Shown one piece after another: positions 59,298 to 64,000 of a stretch of DNA of 64,000 nt (positions within the stretch are counted from its first letter, which is position 1; each line of letters opens with the position of its first letter). The translations under genes were made by a program, and so were the position numbers. The DNA lies in IMG/VR virus record IMGVR_UViG_3300023274_000046. One strand, 5' to 3'. The stretch is from a virus. Under the pieces are notes generated by a model that was given only the letters and a program-made list of their open reading frames with translations, was not told the origin of the DNA and did not search any database.

Positions 59298-59504
59298 ATG
59301 ACTAAACTATTACTATTATCATTGAAATTATCTAATGAAATACTATTAAGACGAGACAAATCCATTTTGAAGACAATAATAACAATATCTAACGAATTAT
59401 CTAATTCAACATTAATAAGATGAGAAAAATCCCTTTGGAAGACAAGAATAAATATACCTAAAAAATTATCTTTTTTAGATATTATTCCTGAAGACAAAAA
59501 ATAG
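59298..59504 (+). pseudogene. nad2 N-terminal fragment with an internally duplicated LSN...RRDKS motif
   Basis: MTKLLLLSLKLSNEILLRRDKSIL...ELSNSTLIRWEKSL. Confidence 0.65.
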
Positions 59505-59710
59505 AATAAAACTAAAAAAATAAAACAAAATAAAAAAACAAATCTAAAGGGCTAGTGTAGTTTGAGATTAAGTTAGGGGTAGCTAGCTTATTATGGGGGG
59601 TGCAAATACCCTGGTCCTTAAGAATAAAAAAAAAATAAATCCTGAAAAGTAGATACCTAATTAGATTTATCTTTTTAGTTTATAGATGTGCAACTCATCT
59701 ACAGGGTATC

Positions 59711-61351
59711 ATGAAAATAATCAAACTAACACTAATATCATTATTATCTAATTCAATAACACTAAGACGAGACAAATCCATTTTTTGTAATAGGATAACT
59801 ATTTCGCCCGCCGTCGGGGAGATTTTAGTTATTTCTATTTTTCTTTTAGCCAACTATTACATAGCTTTTATTTCGGATCTTTACACAGATAAGGGGCCCC
59901 CCTTACCAGCATGTATTACTAATGATTTTCAAAGGCAATTTTATAGAATAACAGATTGTTATTTATTTTCTACTTTTGTTCCTTTTTCAGAACAGTGATG
60001 TAAAGAGAAGAAAGTTGAACTTTATAAAAAAGGGTTTCCAGCTGTTTTCGAGGACATGTCACAAATTAAAAAATATGATTATTTTGCTATTACTAATTTT
60101 ACGATAAACCCTTTATCTTATTATTCTCTTAAAAACATCCCTGGGATTTACATGATTACCAACAAGATTACTAAAAAGATATATATTGGAATGTCTACTA
60201 ATCTTAAAGATAGATTTTATAATTATCTGGATGAAAAGAGATTAAACAGAGATAGATCTTCCAGAATTAATAAAGCGTTACTTAAATTTGGTTTCGATAA
60301 GTTTTCTATTTCTATTTTAGAGTTCACTCATATTGAACAAGGGACCACGGTTAAGATTTCTTATTTAAGAGAAGACTTTTTCATTAAAGTTTTTAAACCT
60401 CAATATAATATTAAAAGATCTTCCTATAATTTTAATCTTGAAATAAAGGGAAATAATAAAGTTATTATGAAATTAGATATACCTCTAAAAATTAAAAATT
60501 TACTTGATAAGTGCTTAGATATTATTCATGAGCTATTCTCTGTAGCATATAAAAAATATGCTTACAATTTATTTAACTATCTATTAAATAGACTAAAAGA
60601 ATATAAACTATTCTACCTAATTGTTATCTTTTTTTATTCTATTATCCAAAATATCGAAAAAATACTATTATCTAATAATGGGTTATCTTTATTATTTATT
60701 ATTGGTTTATTTGTAGGTGATCAGTTTATATATTATAAAACCCTGTTGTTTTTATATTATATAACTTTTTTTAAAAATTATTTACAAGATAATAAGGAAA
60801 TATTAAAGAGTTACCCTAAAATTCAAGAATTTTTAATAAATACTTTTGAATTGTTACAGAAAGTTCTATTAGGAATAATACTAGGTATTGTAACTAATAC
60901 ACTAGTATCTTATTTAAAAAAGATTTGGGGATATATTCTTAAAATGTTTAGACAAAACAGGAATAATACTGAGAATAATAATTCTATACAAGAAGATAAC
61001 GGAAATAATAAGAATCCTAATCCAGACAATTCAGATCCTTTACTAAATAAAGAGGAAATAAGAAAGAAAAAAAACGTAGAAAGGAATAGAAGATATAAAA
61101 CAAAAAAAAAAATGAATCAAACCCCTGAGGAGAGGGAAGCTGACTCTAAAAAAAACGCTGAAAAGAATAGAATATATAGAGAAAAAAAAAAAATGAATGA
61201 AACTACTCAGGACAAAGAAAAAAAAACACGGGGGTATAGGGAAAGAAAGAGAAAACAAAGAGACATTATAAAACAGGTCATTAAAGATCATGAAGAAAGG
61301 CTAGCTAGAGAAAGGCTAGCTAGAGAAAGAGATAACGGAAATAATAACTAA
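59711..61351 (+). CDS. Chimeric ORF (546 aa): Nad2-like N-terminus, GIY-YIG module, membrane domain, Asn-rich and charged tail
   Basis: LLSNSITLRRDKSIF; PGIYMITNKITKKIYIGMS; YILKMFRQNRNN; the 59711 and 60056 track ORFs are in frame across TGA. Confidence 0.8.
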
Positions 61352-61619
61352 TCCATACTATTTAGATACTTTTCCAATTCATGAGGAGAAGCAAGCTAGG
61401 TAAAAAAAAAACCAAAAAAAAACCCCAAAAAATTTTGTTGTTGGCTCAAGGCGAGGGATAGCCAAGGAAAGAGGCGAATTCGTGAATACTATGAGTGAGT
61501 GTGCTGAATCTTGAAATCGACCGGTCGGGATATTATTCTAATGAGGTATTTAATAAGCTAGCTCTCGCACTTTCTCTACCAAACGTGATCAGGGCATAAT
61601 TCCATCAATCAAACTTATT

Positions 61620-62590
61620 CTAAAGCTGGACTAGGCAGTCCCATCTTCGGTGCGGACAGTCTACTATATTAAATCACCATACATCTAGTCTAATTCCTGG
61701 TAATTTTGCTAACAGAACCCAAGTTATCTTAGCTTTCCGTCCTTCTAAGGAATATAAGGAGGGATCATGAATCTGCTCTTTATAGGTATATACTTTCGCA
61801 TCTGCTTCTAAAGTTCTTATCTCCATATCCTTCTCTCCCTGTCGTTGTTTCGTTCCGTCCCCTAATACCTTGATCTTTTCTAATTCTAGAGGGTCAAAGA
61901 TGGGGGATGTATTGATCAGGTTTCGTATATAATTACCAAACGGCGGATATATGGAATTTCTTTTAAATCATTCCAGTATACTGTTACTAGAAATCAGATT
62001 GAAACAGGCTTTCAAATCAAATTCGTATAGTGACTTCCCAGCCTTAACCTTCGATATGATTATCTTCCAAGCATCTTCATAGCTTCGTCTAGGACGAAAC
62101 CCAGTCTGATAGTCTCCTATGAGTGGTTCGATAACCAAATATAGTATATCATTTATCATCTTTAGTATGATTCTTCATTCCCGATTGGGCACTCCTAAGG
62201 GACGGATTCCCGTACTTTCTTCTCAGGTCGCGCCGGTAGGTTTCGGAATATATATGCGATTGAATATGGCGTTATGGTCTAGACTCCGGCGTATCCTATC
62301 TACCCCTTTCAGTAAATTATACACTTGGGGTTGGTCTCAGGTGACGTATCAGTTATGATAAGCTCTGGAGAAACTATATAGTACGTAACATTGTGATCGC
62401 TGGAAAAGTACCAATCATAATTTTATGGCTTTATTGTATTCTTTCCTCTCTATCATTCTCAATAGCCGTCCTCGTTGTTTATGCAAATATCTATTACAGC
62501 CAGGAATCCTAATTATGGACCTTTTATCGTAGTTCGGAATTAATGGTAGTCTTCAATTACTTGAGATTTTCCACTCCTTTGACTCGAAAA
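61620..62590 (-). pseudogene. N-terminal half of a second retroplasmid-like reverse transcriptase
   Basis: RIYIPK, IRPLGVP, QTGFRPRRS, YEFDLKACFN; open for ~320 codons in code 4; later motifs degenerate. Confidence 0.8.
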
Positions 62591-63341
62591 AAAAACCAAA
62601 AAAAACCCCAAAAAAAAACCAAGCGGCTATAGGATGGAATCAAAAAAAAGATATTTAGGTTGAGGCAGTTAACAAGGTTTATATTTATTATTAAGTTAGA
62701 TAAAGTAAAGAAGTTAGGCTGATTTTAAAATCTTAATTTATTATTATGTTTGATGAAAAGTAATAAGTTAGGCAGATTATAAGAAAATTTTAATTTATAC
62801 ACTTAGAATTATTGATAATATTGTAGCAATCTAGATAGATATGTTGCTGAACGATTTTAGAATGTAGTATTATTTTGAAATAAATACTTTTAATTACAAT
62901 GATTTGTTTAACAAAAATTTCATTTATTATGATGTTGAAAAGATATATGGATCCATATACAATTAAGTTTTTAGTTAAAATTTGTATGAATTTGGAGAAG
63001 ACTGGAATGGGCCCCAGTTGAAAGGTTAAACGTAGATGAATTAAAGTAGATCTTGGATAATGTTGTTAGGATGTGTTGAGTTTATAAGTCTGATTAAGGA
63101 GAAGTGTTAAATGTATTTATAGTCTCTCTAATATCCTAAGGTAATGTGATAGACCGCGATTTGTCGATAGTTTAATAAACAAGTAGCAAATAAGACGAGT
63201 ATAGCAACCGGGTAAAACTGTAGTCTGACCGAAAGAGGCAGAGTAGAAGTCAAAAGGGGGTTTGCTATGGAACCCTCAGGACCGCCACCACGCCCGTGAA
63301 GTCGGGGGCATATCTTTCCAAAAATTCTTACTAGAGACGAG

Positions 63342-64000
63342 TTGGTGACTGCGATCGCTAGAAGGTATGAAACAGCATCCCCTCCAGGGACCGGGATAAA
63401 CTTATACCCATGGCAATCGATGGGCCTCGCGTTAGATGAACTTAAATTAAATATGAAGAAATCCTTAAAACTAACTTTCGGAAGCTTGGCCATGACTGAT
63501 AAATATGGAAATAATGCTAACTTCTCTACATCAACCAATAAATTTATGGTTAAAGGAGCGCTTAGAAATTTTTATACTCCTCATTCTTTTTCACTTGTTA
63601 AAGTTAGATATTTTTATACTAATGGAGGTAATTACTTCGATAGTAAACTGATTATAAATTCTACTCCTGAACATGTTGTTCCCGTTAAATTTTATTCGGA
63701 TGCTTTAAAACTAAAAGCGGATATTCTTAAAGATAATAGGAAAAAAGCAGGTATATACAGATGAACTCACAAGTCTTCCGGTAAAACCTATGTAGGTTCT
63801 ACGCTAAATTTAACTCTTAGATTTTTAGGTTATTTTTCCTTAGCTTTTTTAAAAAAAGAACTAAGAATTGGGAACAGCATAATTTATAGATCAATGCTAA
63901 AATATGGTCCTTCAGCATTCAGTTTGGAAATTCTAGAGTATTGTGACCCTTTGAGTTTAATTTCTAGAGAACAATACTATCTTGATCTCTTAAAGCCTGA
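63342..64000 (+). CDS. GIY-YIG homing endonuclease (partial, runs off the window)
   Basis: AGIYRWTHKSSGKTYVGS...SLEILEYC...SREQYYLD. Confidence 0.85.

Noticed and set aside
59548-59620. tRNA-like sequence (gggctag...ggggtgcaaataccct)
   Set aside because: No convincing D arm or anticodon arm; at best a degenerate remnant.

Overview
AT-rich, intron-rich fungal mitochondrial DNA using genetic code 4 (TGA=Trp), so the supplied ORF track is fragmented at Trp codons. The Cox1 sequence, genes on both strands and the rns-trnY-trnN-nad6-trnV-trnK order suggest Dothideomycetes/Pleosporales (inference). Minus strand: the 5' part of cox1 (13 exons including a 3-nt exon, 13 introns; the gene continues beyond base 1) and nad4 (3 exons). 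Plus strand: two trnR, rns (4 introns), trnY, trnN, nad6 (2 large composite introns), trnV and trnK. Accessory DNA dominates. Highlights: (1) two cassettes of the form Cox1-C-terminus / variable cargo / Cox2-N-terminus inserted in frame into intron LAGLIDADG genes; (2) a ~1,250-codon frame joining nad4 exon 1, two GIY-YIG modules and a LAGLIDADG inside a group II intron; (3) the same uncharacterised membrane domain fused to a LAGLIDADG and to a GIY-YIG; (4) a foreign ORF between duplicated rns 3' ends; (5) two retroplasmid-like RT integrants; (6) nad2 N-terminal fragments used as leaders of free-standing endonuclease ORFs. All translations and coordinates were derived by hand; no database searches were run.
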